A stretch of 64,000 nt of DNA, taken from NCBI GenBank assembly GCA_964390105.1, contig CAYMGV010000001.1, positions 2 to 64,001 of the forward strand, in the 5' to 3' direction. The translations under genes were made by a program, and so were the position numbers. Under the pieces are notes generated by a model that saw nothing but the letters and a program-made list of their open reading frames with translations, was not told the DNA's origin and made no database searches. The DNA is from an uncultured Anaerolineae bacterium. GTDB lineage: Bacteria > Chloroflexota > Anaerolineae > Aggregatilineales > UBA3940. This document shows positions 28,200 through 38,391 of this stretch, piece after piece (position 1 is the stretch's first letter; the number at the start of each line of letters is the position of its first letter).

Positions 28200-29309
28200 A
28201 TGTCTGCTGCAATCTACCCATTTACGGCCATCGTCGGCCAGGAGCGCATGAAGCGTGCGCTGATCCTGAACGCCGTCAACCCCCAGATCGGCGGCGTGCT
28301 GGTACGCGGGGAGAAGGGGACCGCCAAGAGTACCGCCGCGCGCGCACTGGCTGCGCTGCTGCCCCGGATCGAAGTGGTGACTGGCTGCCCTTACAGCTGC
28401 GACCCCAGCAGCCCGGCGGGTGCCTGCGATGCCTGCCAGTATACCATTGAGAGCCGTGATTACAGCACGTCAACCCGGCAAATCCGCATCGTTGATCTGC
28501 CGATCAGCGCCACCGAAGATCGTGTCGTCGGTACGCTGGATATCGAGAAAGCCATCCAGCAGGGCGAACGCCACTTTGACCCCGGCGTGCTTGCCAGCGC
28601 CAACCGTGGCATTTTATACGTCGATGAAGTCAATCTGCTCGATGATCATGTCGTAGACCTGCTGCTTGACTCTGCCGCGATGGGTGTCAATGTTGTTGAA
28701 CGCGAAGGAATCAGCTTCAGCCACCCGGCTCACTTCATGCTGATCGGCACGATGAACCCCGAGGAAGGCGACCTGCGCCCGCAGCTTCTCGACCGCTTCG
28801 CATTATGTGTCGATGTGTTTGGCCTGAAAGACCCTAATTACCGTATGGAGGTCCTTGAACGGCGCATCGGGTTTGATGAGGACCCCGAAGGGTTCTACAA
28901 GGAGTGGCAACCGTACGAGGACACACTGGCTGCCGAGATCGAACAGGCACGCCAGATCGTTAACGGAGTGACGTATTCCCGTACCGACCTCGAAACCATC
29001 GCGAATCTGACCTCCAGTATGGAAGTAGACGGCCATCGGGCCGACCTCGTGATTCTCAAAACGGCGCGCGCTCATGCGGCGTTTGAGAGCCGCCGCGCCA
29101 TCACTGAACGTGACATTCTGCTGGCCGCCGAACTGGCCCTGCCGCATCGCTTCAAGCGCTCCCCATTTGAGAACACCGAGCGCAGCATCCAGGATCTTCA
29201 GCAGCGGCTGGAAAAGGCCCGTGCAGACGCCGAGAGTACCGGTGAGCAGATCGAGGATGCGGACGGTGATGCCGACGCGCAGGAAAAAAAAACGACCCCG
29301 ACAACCTAG
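28200..29309 (+). CDS. Chelatase subunit I-like AAA+ ATPase (ChlI/BchI-type); also the 0-frame part of a frameshifted ChlD-like gene
   Basis: YPFTAIVGQE.MK.AL, Walker A GEKGTAKS, ATEDRVVGTLD, Walker B ILYVDE, GTMNPEEGDLRPQLLDRF, LALPHR. Confidence 0.92.
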   Translation: MSAAIYPFTAIVGQERMKRALILNAVNPQIGGVLVRGEKGTAKSTAARALAALLPRIEVVTGCPYSCDPSSPAGACDACQYTIESRDYSTSTRQIRIVDLPISATEDRVVGTLDIEKAIQQGERHFDPGVLASANRGILYVDEVNLLDDHVVDLLLDSAAMGVNVVEREGISFSHPAHFMLIGTMNPEEGDLRPQLLDRFALCVDVFGLKDPNYRMEVLERRIGFDEDPEGFYKEWQPYEDTLAAEIEQARQIVNGVTYSRTDLETIANLTSSMEVDGHRADLVILKTARAHAAFESRRAITERDILLAAELALPHRFKRSPFENTERSIQDLQQRLEKARADAESTGEQIEDADGDADAQEKKTTPTT

Positions 29310-30271
29310 ACCCATCCGATGATGTCATTGAGGATGCGGAAGATGTGCCACAGAGTGGCACCGCACAGCCCGCCCAGCAGAACATTTTCGAGAACAGTGA
29401 TTCAAACTGGTGGGAAGGTGGTCAGCAGGTGGACCCCGGCGAGGAATTCCGCATCCGCCAGAATCTCAGTCAGAAGCCCATCGATAAGCTGACACGGCGG
29501 CAGGGTGGCCGGCGCAGCCGCACCCGCACTGACCGCAAACGTGGCCGCTATATCCAGGCACGCCCCGCCCACGGCAAAACCAGTGATATCGCTTTCGATG
29601 CGACCATCCGTGCCGCGGCTCCGCATCAGAAGGACCGGGACAAGGGCAAGATGGCATTTTCGATCCGTAAGCAGGATTTGCAGGAGAAGGTGCGCGTCAA
29701 GAAGCAGGCCAACCTCGTCATGTTTGTGGTGGATGCCTCCTGGAGCATGGCGGTGGCTGAGCGCATGATGGCGACCAAGGGTGCCATCATGTCGCTGCTG
29801 ACCGATGCCTACCAGCGCCGTGACCGGGTCGGCCTGATCGTGTTCCAGAAGAACCAGTCACGCCTGGTGCTGCCACCGACCAACTCGGTGGAACTGGCAC
29901 AAAAGGCGCTGGCCGATATCCCGGTGGGTGGCAAGACACCGCTTTCAGCGGGCCTTGCCATGACCTACGAGGTGATCCAGAAAGACCTGATCACGCACCC
30001 GGACGTGATACCGATGATGATCCTGCTGACCGACGGCGCGGGCAACGTTGCGATAGGCAGCTTGCCTCCACTGGAGGAAGCTCATCGTATCGCGGACCGC
30101 ATCAAGGAAGCCGGGATCAAGTCGGTGGTGATCAATATGGAGCATGCCAGCTTTGACCAGGGGTTGACGCAAAACCTGGCAAATCGACTCAACGGCCCGT
30201 GCTATGCCCTCGATGAGCTGCGTGCCGACTTGCTGTATGAGACCGTGCGTGGGGAAATGAACAGTTTCTAA
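29291..30271 (+). CDS. Acidic linker and vWA domain of a chelatase subunit D-like protein, in the -1 frame reached at the A9 run
   Basis: The -1 frame is open from the A run (AAC GAC CCC GAC AAC CTA...) into the vWA ORF. Motifs: GRRSR, DATIRAAAP, MIDAS DASWS, AYQRRDRVGLIVF, GGKTPL, LLTDG. Confidence 0.85.
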   Translation, partial: NDPDNLDPSDDVIEDAEDVPQSGTAQPAQQNIFENSDSNWWEGGQQVDPGEEFRIRQNLSQKPIDKLTRRQGGRRSRTRTDRKRGRYIQARPAHGKTSDIAFDATIRAAAPHQKDRDKGKMAFSIRKQDLQEKVRVKKQANLVMFVVDASWSMAVAERMMATKGAIMSLLTDAYQRRDRVGLIVFQKNQSRLVLPPTNSVELAQKALADIPVGGKTPLSAGLAMTYEVIQKDLITHPDVIPMMILLTDGAGNVAIGSLPPLEEAHRIADRIKEAGIKSVVINMEHASFDQGLTQNLANRLNGPCYALDELRADLLYETVRGEMNSF

Positions 30272-30276
30272 AACCA

Positions 30277-30314
30277 CTGCGGGGCACTGTCACACAGTAC
30301 CCCGCAGGTTTCTT
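30277..30314. terminator. Terminator hairpin between convergent vWA and PBP2 genes
   Basis: CTGCGGGG-CACTGT...ACAGTA-CCCCGCAG followed by GTTTCTT. Confidence 0.6.
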
Positions 30315-30334
30315 CTATGGATTGCTGTGCCGAG

Positions 30335-32593
30335 TTACTCACCCGGCACGCCATCATTATCGACGAAATCGAACAGTTCCGGGTCATACCAGTCGTTGGG
30401 GAAGGGCGCAACACGCACGCCGTACCACTCCTCAAGCACCCGGCGGAAGATCGGTGCAGCCACGCCGGACCCCTGCCCACCGTTCTCGACCATCACCACC
30501 ACTACGATCTCAGGATTCTCATACGGGGCGAACCCGGCGAACCACGCAATCGGTGAGGCGTTGGGATCGGAGACCTGCGCGGTGCCTGTCTTGCCTGCCG
30601 CCTCCACCTGCATGGAACCAAGCCGATATTCTGCCGTGCCAATGGTCGGGTCGTTGACGACATCGTACATGGCCTGATGAATCAGGTCGTACTCATCATC
30701 GGTCAGTTCAAACGTGTTGAGAATTTCCGGCTCGAACTGCACGCTGGGATCCTCGCCAATCAAGCCAATACGATCCACGAAGTACGGGCGATAGACTGTG
30801 CCCCGGTTGGCAATGGCTGAAACCATCGTAGCCATCTGGAGCGGCGTGACAAGCACATCCCCCTGGCCGATTGCCATGTTGACGCTGTCGTTGAGGTTCC
30901 ACTCACGGTCATTGGTTGCCAGCATCCATTCGGGGTCAGGGATAAGGCCGCTGGCCTCCTCGATTTCAATACCAAGCTGCGCACCGAGACCCAGTTCACG
31001 CGCATCCTGTGCGATCAGGGAGGGGTCCTGCAAGCCAGTCTGATAGCCAATCTCGTAGAAGCAGGTGTTGCAGGAGGCCGTCAGCGCCTGCTGGAGCGTC
31101 ATAAGGCCATGACCGCCATCCTGCCAATCGTAGCGATCCGTGCCCAGCGTATTCCAGGCACCGGTGCTGTTGTAGGTCCAGTTGGGACCCAACACATCGA
31201 AATCAAGGGCGGTGACCATCGATACGATCTTGAAGATCGAGCCTGCCGGGTACTGGCCCTGTGCGGCCCGGTTAAGCAGCGGACGAAGCGGATTATTGAA
31301 CATGTCCGTAACATAGCTGCCCGCCAGCGGATGCCCGTTATAAGGGTGCAGTACGTTGGGGTCAAAGTCAGGGTAGTTGGCAAGCGCCAGCACCGCACCC
31401 GTGTTAGGGTCCATCACCACCACTGACGCACCGCTGGCTGTCGTCACCCATGTCTCTTCCCCGGCGATGTATGCCTCGCGCAGGGCATCCTGTGCGATGG
31501 CCTGCATCTCGCGGTCGATGGTGGTGTACAGGCTCTCGGCAGGCTCAGCCGGGATGCTGGCAACCTCAGCAAAGAAAGTGCCGCTGGGTGTATAGGCACT
31601 GAGCGTGGCACTGGGGCTGCCCGCAAGATACGGCTCTCCCCATGCCTCCAGCCCACTGATACCAACCACTTCATCTCCCCGGTAGCCGAGGCCCAGGTAG
31701 TATTCCAGTTCCTCGGCGGGTATCTGGCGGGCATACCCCATCACATGCGGAGCCAGCACATTGTAATAGCGCCGTCCGGTCTTCTCAAAGGCATCAAGGC
31801 CGGGGTAGCTGTAGTACAGGTTACGATACTGGTTGAACGTTTCAAGGTCCACATCACCGATGGCAACCACCCAGTCATCAGGCTGCCCCGCGTACTGTGA
31901 CCGGATCACCTCGCGCGGGATGCGCGTCATCTCGGCCAGCATATCAAGCATGTCTTCCTCGTTGGTGGTGCTGACCTCACCGGGCACGACTGTCAGCGTC
32001 AGCACGGAGGCGTTGGCGGACACCATCCAGTCACCGCTGCGATCATAAATGTTGGCACGTGATGGCCGTTCGACCGAGAGTTGAAGCGTGTTGCCACCCG
32101 CGAGTTCAGGCAGAATCAACGCGGGGGACCACGCCACCCCCCATGACTCGCCATTACGAACCAGCAGCATGGTCAGTTCCTGTTCAATATTGCCGAGCAG
32201 CACGGTGTTATAGGTCACTGCGATATCGAACTGAGCGGCATTACTGGTCGTCTCTGCAACAGACTGCGGTCTTGCATCGACCGCCTGCAGGCCCATGGTG
32301 GCAGCAGTGGTCTCATAGGTGTTGGTGAAATCCTCCAGCGTATACTCGGCCTGGCTGTTGGATGAAAGCAAGCTGTACATACCCGCGTAGTCACCAGACA
32401 TCCACGCATCAAGAAAACTGAGGGCCACGCCGTCGGGTTCAGCAAGATTGTAGGATTCCTCGGCTGGATCGGCCCCGTCAGGGATCGGGATTTCCACGGT
32501 AGAGAAATCGGGGAGCAGTTCACAACCTGAGAGCAGTATCAAGCTGGTAATCAGGTTGATTGCGATAATGCCGATAAGCTTTTTGTTCTTCAT
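30335..32593 (-). CDS. mrdA: Class B penicillin-binding protein (PBP2/MrdA-like), lipoprotein with an N-terminal NTF2-like domain
   Basis: Lipobox LSGC; FLDAWMSGDYAGMYSLLS (NTF2/MecA_N-like); RANIYDR; SxxK (SIFK); SxN (SCN); KTG (AGKTGTAQ). Confidence 0.85.
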   Translation of the reverse strand: MKNKKLIGIIAINLITSLILLSGCELLPDFSTVEIPIPDGADPAEESYNLAEPDGVALSFLDAWMSGDYAGMYSLLSSNSQAEYTLEDFTNTYETTAATMGLQAVDARPQSVAETTSNAAQFDIAVTYNTVLLGNIEQELTMLLVRNGESWGVAWSPALILPELAGGNTLQLSVERPSRANIYDRSGDWMVSANASVLTLTVVPGEVSTTNEEDMLDMLAEMTRIPREVIRSQYAGQPDDWVVAIGDVDLETFNQYRNLYYSYPGLDAFEKTGRRYYNVLAPHVMGYARQIPAEELEYYLGLGYRGDEVVGISGLEAWGEPYLAGSPSATLSAYTPSGTFFAEVASIPAEPAESLYTTIDREMQAIAQDALREAYIAGEETWVTTASGASVVVMDPNTGAVLALANYPDFDPNVLHPYNGHPLAGSYVTDMFNNPLRPLLNRAAQGQYPAGSIFKIVSMVTALDFDVLGPNWTYNSTGAWNTLGTDRYDWQDGGHGLMTLQQALTASCNTCFYEIGYQTGLQDPSLIAQDARELGLGAQLGIEIEEASGLIPDPEWMLATNDREWNLNDSVNMAIGQGDVLVTPLQMATMVSAIANRGTVYRPYFVDRIGLIGEDPSVQFEPEILNTFELTDDEYDLIHQAMYDVVNDPTIGTAEYRLGSMQVEAAGKTGTAQVSDPNASPIAWFAGFAPYENPEIVVVVMVENGGQGSGVAAPIFRRVLEEWYGVRVAPFPNDWYDPELFDFVDNDGVPGE

Positions 32594-32715
32594 ATACCTT
32601 CAAATCCAACCCGTATGAACGATAAGGGCCGGTTTCGGTACGCCCGTATCCAGCCCTTATAAACACTATATCGCATTATAACCAGCGCCATGCTGGCGAA
32701 CAATAAGCAGCTATC

Positions 32716-33672
32716 CTATGCAAGTACCGCCCGGTTGACCACGTTTCGATACTGCCCGGTTTTCAAGCCATCAATGATCTGCCGGGCGGCATCGATGGCG
32801 ACGTTGACCTGGGCATCCCACGTGCTGGCACCCAGGTGCGGTGTGTGGATCACGGCGGGGTTATTGATCAGCGGGTTGTCCCCTGCGGGGGGTTCCCGGT
32901 CATACACATCAAGGGCAGCCCCCGCTACCTGGCCTGACGCAAGCCCGGCGGCGAGGTCTGCATCGACGATAACCGGGCCACGGGCAACATTAATAATGCG
33001 CACACCGGGCTTCATCTTTGCGATGGCCTCGGCATTGATCATGCCGCGTGTTTCATCCGTAAGGGAGGGGTGCAGAGAGATGAAATCGGCACGGGTATAG
33101 AGGTCATTAAGCGGGATGATCTCTATACCCAGATCGCGTACTTCGCCCGGCTTGGGATCATAGCCAACCACCCTCATTTCAAAAGCCCGCGCACGGGTGG
33201 CAACGGCCTGCCCGATGCGACCCAAGCCGATCAAACCAAGCGTTTTGCCGCGTAGTTCGGTACCCATATACGCCTTGCGATCCCAGCGGCCCGCGACCAT
33301 GCTGGCATGAGCCTGCGGGACATGGCGTGCCAGTGCCAGCATCAGGCCGAAGGTATGTTCAGCAGCGGCAATCGTGTTGCCGTCGGGGGTGTTCATCACC
33401 ACAACGCCGCGCTGAGTAGCAGCATCCAGATCGACATTATCCACACCAACCCCGGCGCGTGCAATCGCCTTGAGGTTAGCAGCCACGCCCAGCAGCTCGG
33501 CATCGGCTTTGGTGGCACTGCGGATGATCAGTGCGTCAGCTTCGGGGATGGCGGTCAGCGTTGCGGCACGGTCCATGCCACCCGCACCGATCACCTCGAA
33601 CTCCTGCTCGGATGCAAACAGGTCAATGGCCTTCTGATTAACGTTGTCAGGAATCAGTACTTTGAATGTCAT
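32716..33672 (-). CDS. serA: D-3-phosphoglycerate dehydrogenase-like 2-hydroxyacid dehydrogenase (short form, no ACT domain)
   Basis: IRSAT, RAGVGVDNVD, NTPDGNTIAAAEHT, GKTLGLIGLGRIG, INVARG, ALDVY..EPP, TPHLGAST. Confidence 0.85.
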   Translation of the reverse strand: MTFKVLIPDNVNQKAIDLFASEQEFEVIGAGGMDRAATLTAIPEADALIIRSATKADAELLGVAANLKAIARAGVGVDNVDLDAATQRGVVVMNTPDGNTIAAAEHTFGLMLALARHVPQAHASMVAGRWDRKAYMGTELRGKTLGLIGLGRIGQAVATRARAFEMRVVGYDPKPGEVRDLGIEIIPLNDLYTRADFISLHPSLTDETRGMINAEAIAKMKPGVRIINVARGPVIVDADLAAGLASGQVAGAALDVYDREPPAGDNPLINNPAVIHTPHLGASTWDAQVNVAIDAARQIIDGLKTGQYRNVVNRAVLA

Positions 33673-33680
33673 AATCGTTT

Positions 33681-34772
33681 TTATGCCCCTACGAACTCAT
33701 CAAAACCAGCCAAAACATCTTCCAGCGTTTCCATTGTCATATCGCCCATGTGCGCCACACGGAAGGTCTTGCCCTTGAGCTTGCCGTAGCCCTTATCGAT
33801 GGCATACCTCTTCTGAGTCTCCATGAACTCAGCCATGGCAGCCACATCGATACCGAGGTTATTGGCAACCGCCGAGATAGTCGGGGAGCGATAGCCATCT
33901 TCGGAGAACAGCTCGAAGCCATGCCCGGCAGCCCAGTCAAGGGTGCGATCCCGCATGGCGAGGTGGCGCTTCCAGCGGTTTTCCAGCCCCTCATCTTCGA
34001 GGATGTCGGTAAGCTGTGCATCAGCAGCCCACATCAGCGCGACGGGCGGAGTCGAGGGGGTCATGTTCTTCCTGAGTGATTTCTCCAGCGTGAGGAAATC
34101 GAAGTAATATCCACGGTGTTCGATTTGCCCGGCACGCGCCAGCACGCGGTCACTGACTGCCGCAAATGAAATACCAGGCGGCAGCGCGAACGCCTTTTGT
34201 GAGGAGGTCAGGGCGACGTCAATACCCCAGTCATCGACGCGCAGTTCCGCGCCAAGGAAGCCGCTCACTGTATCGACGAAGAACAATGTATCTTCGTATT
34301 CGCGGACAACTTCGCCGATCTCGGCAATGGGGTTAGTGACGCCAGTGCTGGTTTCGTTATGAACGACGCACAGCGCATCATATGGGCCGTTTTTCAGTGC
34401 GTCGGCGACCTGTTCAGGCCGGAAGGCTTTACCCCAGTCGATCTCAAGTACATCGACCCGCTTGCCGTTGGCCTGGCTGACTTCGGCCCAGCGCTCACTA
34501 AACGCGCCCGAAACCAGGTGCAGCACCTTTTTATCGTCACGAACGCCACAGCGGATCGTGCCTTCCCACAGCCCGGAACCCGATGACCCACTGACATAGA
34601 CACGGTTTTCTGTCAGGAATGCTGTCCGCAGTTTCTTCTGCAAACGGGCAAATAGATCGACAAACACGGTCTGGCGATGTCCGATCATCCACGGAGTTTG
34701 TGCATCCAGAATCTCCCGGCGGACCTCAACCGGGCCGGGCAGTACCAGCCTGACATGATCCTCATTAGCCAT
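33681..34772 (-). CDS. Class V PLP aminotransferase (alanine-glyoxylate/serine-pyruvate family; probably fills the SerC role)
   Basis: PGPV, IGHR, VHNETSTGV, VDTVS, SSQKAFALPPG, TPSTP, FRVAHMG. Directly upstream of serA. Confidence 0.88.
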   Translation of the reverse strand: MANEDHVRLVLPGPVEVRREILDAQTPWMIGHRQTVFVDLFARLQKKLRTAFLTENRVYVSGSSGSGLWEGTIRCGVRDDKKVLHLVSGAFSERWAEVSQANGKRVDVLEIDWGKAFRPEQVADALKNGPYDALCVVHNETSTGVTNPIAEIGEVVREYEDTLFFVDTVSGFLGAELRVDDWGIDVALTSSQKAFALPPGISFAAVSDRVLARAGQIEHRGYYFDFLTLEKSLRKNMTPSTPPVALMWAADAQLTDILEDEGLENRWKRHLAMRDRTLDWAAGHGFELFSEDGYRSPTISAVANNLGIDVAAMAEFMETQKRYAIDKGYGKLKGKTFRVAHMGDMTMETLEDVLAGFDEFVGA

Positions 34773-34964
34773 TTCGAACCTCCCTCACTAGCGGGTAAAC
34801 CGTTGCGCCCTGATGGACTGCTGCATTGTATAGCATATGCTCACCGGATCACAATAGCGACTATTTTCACAAACGAAAGGCCACGCCACCCATCGCGTTT
34901 TTGATGTACAAACGATACAATCCACCGTAAACAGGGTTTTAATCCGGTACAGAGAGCAGGTGAC

Positions 34965-36236
34965 ATGACCATCCAGGAAAATATCCCCGCAGACTATCAG
35001 CGGCTGCAAGAGGTGGACCCCGACATTTTTAATGCGATTATGGCAGAGCGTGAGCGCCAACAAGTCGGCATTGAGATGATCCCCTCCGAAAACTACGCCA
35101 GCCGCAATGTGATGAGCGTGATGAATTCGGTACTGACCAATAAGTACTCAGAGGGCTATGCCGGCAAGCGCTATTATGGGGGGAATGAGTATGTCGATGT
35201 GGTCGAACGTATCGCCATTGAGCGGGCCAAACAGGTATTTGGGGCTGAACACGCCAACGTCCAGCCGTATTCCGGCTCGCCGGCCAACCAGGCCGCGCAC
35301 ATGGCCCTGCTCGACCCCGGAGACCGTACCATGGGGCTGGCCCTGCCAGATGGTGGGCACCTGACCCACGGTTGGAAGGTCAGCTTCTCTGGTCAGTATT
35401 ACACACCCAGCCAGTACACCGTGAACCCTGAAACCGGCCTGCTGGATTACAAAATGATCCGGGAGCAGGCGCTGGAGTACAAGCCCCGCATGATCTGGGC
35501 CGGGCATTCTGCGTATCCCCGCGAGATGGACTTCGCGCGTTTTGCCGAGATTGCGCAGGAAGTGGGAGCCTACCTCGTTGCTGATATCGCACATATCTCC
35601 GGGCTGGTTGCTACCGGCCTGCATTCGGACCCGGTCCCATATGCCGATGTGGTCACAATGACCACGCATAAAATGCTGCGTGGTCCGCGTGGCGCGCTGA
35701 TCCTGGGCAAGGAAGCGCACGCAAAGGCCATCGATAAGGCTGTGTTCCCCGGGTTGCAGGGCGGCCCACATAACCACACGACTGCCGCGATTGCGGTCGC
35801 GCTGAATGAGGCGCTTGACCCTGCGTTTAAGACGTACTGTGAACAGGTGATTGCTAACGCAAAGGCGCTTGCCGCAGGCCTGATGACACGCGGTTTCAAG
35901 GTCGTGACCGGCGGCACCGACAATCACATCGTGCTTCTCGATCTTTCGCAGTCACCGGGCGATGTGACCGGCAAGGCGGCATCGGTACGGCTGGATGACG
36001 CTCACATCACGACCAATGCCAACATGGTCCCGGGTGATAAGCGCACCGCATTTAACCCATCGGGGATCCGGCTCGGTACGCCCGCAGCCACCACGCGCGG
36101 CTTCGGTAATGATGAGATGACGCAGATCGCCAACTGGATTGCAGACATCGTTGAGAACATGGAAGATGACACGGTGCTGGATCGAGTTCGGGGCGGTGTC
36201 GAGGAGATGTGTGGTCGATTCCCACTGTGGTATTAG
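34965..36236 (+). CDS. glyA: Serine hydroxymethyltransferase
   Basis: LTNKYSEGYAGKRYYGG, ANVQPYSGSPAN, GGHLTHG, TTHKMLRGPRG, PGLQGGP, GGTDNH, SGIRLGTPA. Confidence 0.97.
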   Translation: MTIQENIPADYQRLQEVDPDIFNAIMAERERQQVGIEMIPSENYASRNVMSVMNSVLTNKYSEGYAGKRYYGGNEYVDVVERIAIERAKQVFGAEHANVQPYSGSPANQAAHMALLDPGDRTMGLALPDGGHLTHGWKVSFSGQYYTPSQYTVNPETGLLDYKMIREQALEYKPRMIWAGHSAYPREMDFARFAEIAQEVGAYLVADIAHISGLVATGLHSDPVPYADVVTMTTHKMLRGPRGALILGKEAHAKAIDKAVFPGLQGGPHNHTTAAIAVALNEALDPAFKTYCEQVIANAKALAAGLMTRGFKVVTGGTDNHIVLLDLSQSPGDVTGKAASVRLDDAHITTNANMVPGDKRTAFNPSGIRLGTPAATTRGFGNDEMTQIANWIADIVENMEDDTVLDRVRGGVEEMCGRFPLWY

Positions 36237-36270
36237 GCCACGACCTTGATTCCAGGTTGAGGGTAATCGC

Positions 36271-37227
36271 TTACGCCATCTGGTTCTGATGCAGGCGGCG
36301 CATCAATGCCTCACCCGGAAGCGATTCCGGGGCGTCCAGTTCAAAGGCGATCTCCCAGAAAGCCTGCTGTGCACTCGACGGTGGGCGGCGGGTGTGCCGC
36401 GCCATGTAGAGCGTCTGCGACATTGAAAGGCCGCTGACGGGCACCGAGACGATACTGCCCGACTCAAGCGCATCGACAGCGAGGACTTCCGGCACAAACG
36501 CCACGCCGATACCGCGCTGCACGGCCACCACCAGCGTCTCGGGGTGATTGACCTTGAACGCGATATTCATATCTTCAAGGCTTTGTTTGTAGGCGGCCAA
36601 TTCCCGCCGGATGATGTTGTATCCGCTTGAATTACTGGTGTACATCACGTAGCGCCCTTTGGGCAGGTCCTGCGGGGAGATCGGGCCGTTGAGGGTTGAC
36701 CACGGGTGATTCTCCGGCACGATCAACAGCAGGCGCTCCTCAAAGTACGGGCGGTATTCGATCTCTTTGTATGGCTCATCGGCGGCGGTCAGCGCAAGCT
36801 GTACATCCCCGGCGATCAGCTTCTGCAGCACCTCGATATTCGACCCGGCGGCACATGTCACGTTGACGCGCGGATGCTGCCGTATCAGTTCGGCGATGAT
36901 GCGCGTCACCACGTACTTGCCCGTGACCGCCCCACAGCCAATGCGCAGCCCACCAACCACTTCACCCTTGAGAGAAACCATCGTTTCTTCAACCTGTACC
37001 ATGCGGTTGATGATCTCGCGGGCCAGCGGCATGAGTTGTTCCCCGGCCTCGGTCAGCACGATGTGACGCCCTGTGCGATGGAACAGATCGAGGCCCAGTT
37101 CTTCTTCCAATGAACGAATCTGCATGCTCACGGCTGGTTGGGAGATTTGGAGTCGGCGCCCGGCTTCGGAGAAATTTTCTGTCTCAGCGGCGGCCAGAAA
37201 CACGCGCAGCGCATGCACATCTAACAT
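36271..37227 (-). CDS. LysR family transcriptional regulator
   Basis: HTH LRVFLAAAETENFSEAGRRLQISQPAVSMQIRSLEEELGLDLFHR...LTEAG. Start MLDV at 37227. Confidence 0.92.
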   Translation of the reverse strand: MLDVHALRVFLAAAETENFSEAGRRLQISQPAVSMQIRSLEEELGLDLFHRTGRHIVLTEAGEQLMPLAREIINRMVQVEETMVSLKGEVVGGLRIGCGAVTGKYVVTRIIAELIRQHPRVNVTCAAGSNIEVLQKLIAGDVQLALTAADEPYKEIEYRPYFEERLLLIVPENHPWSTLNGPISPQDLPKGRYVMYTSNSSGYNIIRRELAAYKQSLEDMNIAFKVNHPETLVVAVQRGIGVAFVPEVLAVDALESGSIVSVPVSGLSMSQTLYMARHTRRPPSSAQQAFWEIAFELDAPESLPGEALMRRLHQNQMA

Positions 37228-37358
37228 AGGGCTTTCCTTGGGTGATGAGTGCCTGGAGGTCATCAAATACTGCTGTGCCACTGTTTGTTATTATATCAAT
37301 TTATTATTACTGCGTAAAGCCCTGGTAATCACTGATAAATACGACTGCATTAATAGTA

Positions 37359-38249
37359 TTATGGGTTCGCAGGTTTGCGTGCTTCAAGATACAAAAACCA
37401 TCCGTAATTACGGATCAGCCAATCATCCCATGCAAACTTCCACTTACGCGGGATGACCCTGCCCACAAGGTATTTATTGACCTGTCGATTGCCGGGCACA
37501 TAAGACAGATCGTAGTAATCGGTAAGCTCGGTGGTGATAGCCTCAAAACCCTCGAACATGGACGCGAACTCGGAACGGGTAAGATGGCGGGCGATGAAAC
37601 CATCGGTCACATCACGTAGGATGTCAGCGTACTTGCGGCGCAGGAACTCGCCGCGCAGGATGCCGTGATTCAGCCCGGCGGTGATCCAGTTACGGATAGC
37701 GTGGCGATGATACACCATCACCTTGACCTCGGCCCCCGGCTTCATGACGCGCCACATCTCTTTAATGATATGCTCGGTCGCGGCGCTGTGATGGATGACC
37801 CCCCATGACCACACCATGTCGAAGCTCTGGTCGTCGAAGGGCAGGCGCTCGCCATCAGCCAGCGTGACCAGCGCATCAAGGTTTTCAAGATCAAAGCGGC
37901 GGCGAGTGATGTGGACGGCGTTGCTGCTGAGGTCCACCGCACTGACATGGATACCACTGCGTGCCATCGCGGCGGCAGTGCCGCCCATGCCACAGCCGAC
38001 CTCAAGCACCTGCTGCCCGGTACGGGCGGCATAACCGATCTGCTGGTTAAACGGCGGTTCCACCGGCCAGTTCGGGTGCCCGAACTCGCGATGAGCCTCG
38101 TAGAAACGGCGATCCACCTCGGCAAACCACTCCGGAGTCCCGGTTTCCAGGTTCATGGTCTGCTGCCAGTCGTAGGTCATCGGGTTGCTGTCCCACCAGG
38201 AACGGTTCCCGAACTGTAGATTGTCGTGATCAAGATCAGGTATGGTCAT
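37359..38249 (-). CDS. Class I SAM-dependent methyltransferase
   Basis: VLEVGCGMG, AVDLS, DGERLPFDDQSFDMVWSWGVIHH, RVMKPG. Confidence 0.9.
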   Translation of the reverse strand: MTIPDLDHDNLQFGNRSWWDSNPMTYDWQQTMNLETGTPEWFAEVDRRFYEAHREFGHPNWPVEPPFNQQIGYAARTGQQVLEVGCGMGGTAAAMARSGIHVSAVDLSSNAVHITRRRFDLENLDALVTLADGERLPFDDQSFDMVWSWGVIHHSAATEHIIKEMWRVMKPGAEVKVMVYHRHAIRNWITAGLNHGILRGEFLRRKYADILRDVTDGFIARHLTRSEFASMFEGFEAITTELTDYYDLSYVPGNRQVNKYLVGRVIPRKWKFAWDDWLIRNYGWFLYLEARKPANP

Positions 38250-38391
38250 TGCGTATTCTCCGTCTTATCAAGTGGCTCCATCATACCGCACCGGTCCGTG
38301 TTCCTCCATTTTCCTGCCGGGTCTGTTGACTTTCGTTATCATTTACCATGACAATGGAGAAGATGAGTCGCCATCATCGGGGTAAAACCGC

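Noticed and set aside
29345-30271. vWA ORF as an independent gene starting at GTG 29345
   Set aside because: The frame is open upstream to the A9 slippery run and encodes the expected acidic linker, so the frameshift fusion explains it better. Independent initiation is not fully excluded.
33437-33445. Perfect DnaA box TTATCCACA
   Set aside because: Lies inside the serA coding sequence (GVDN codons) and is isolated, so most likely chance.
34773-34964. Possible ZMP/ZTP, glycine or THF riboswitch upstream of glyA or the aminotransferase
   Set aside because: I could not find the conserved aptamer motifs. An Rfam cmscan would settle it.
32716-36236. serA, class V aminotransferase and glyA cluster as a novel pathway
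   Set aside because: A common serine/glycine one-carbon arrangement with nothing unusual in the motifs.
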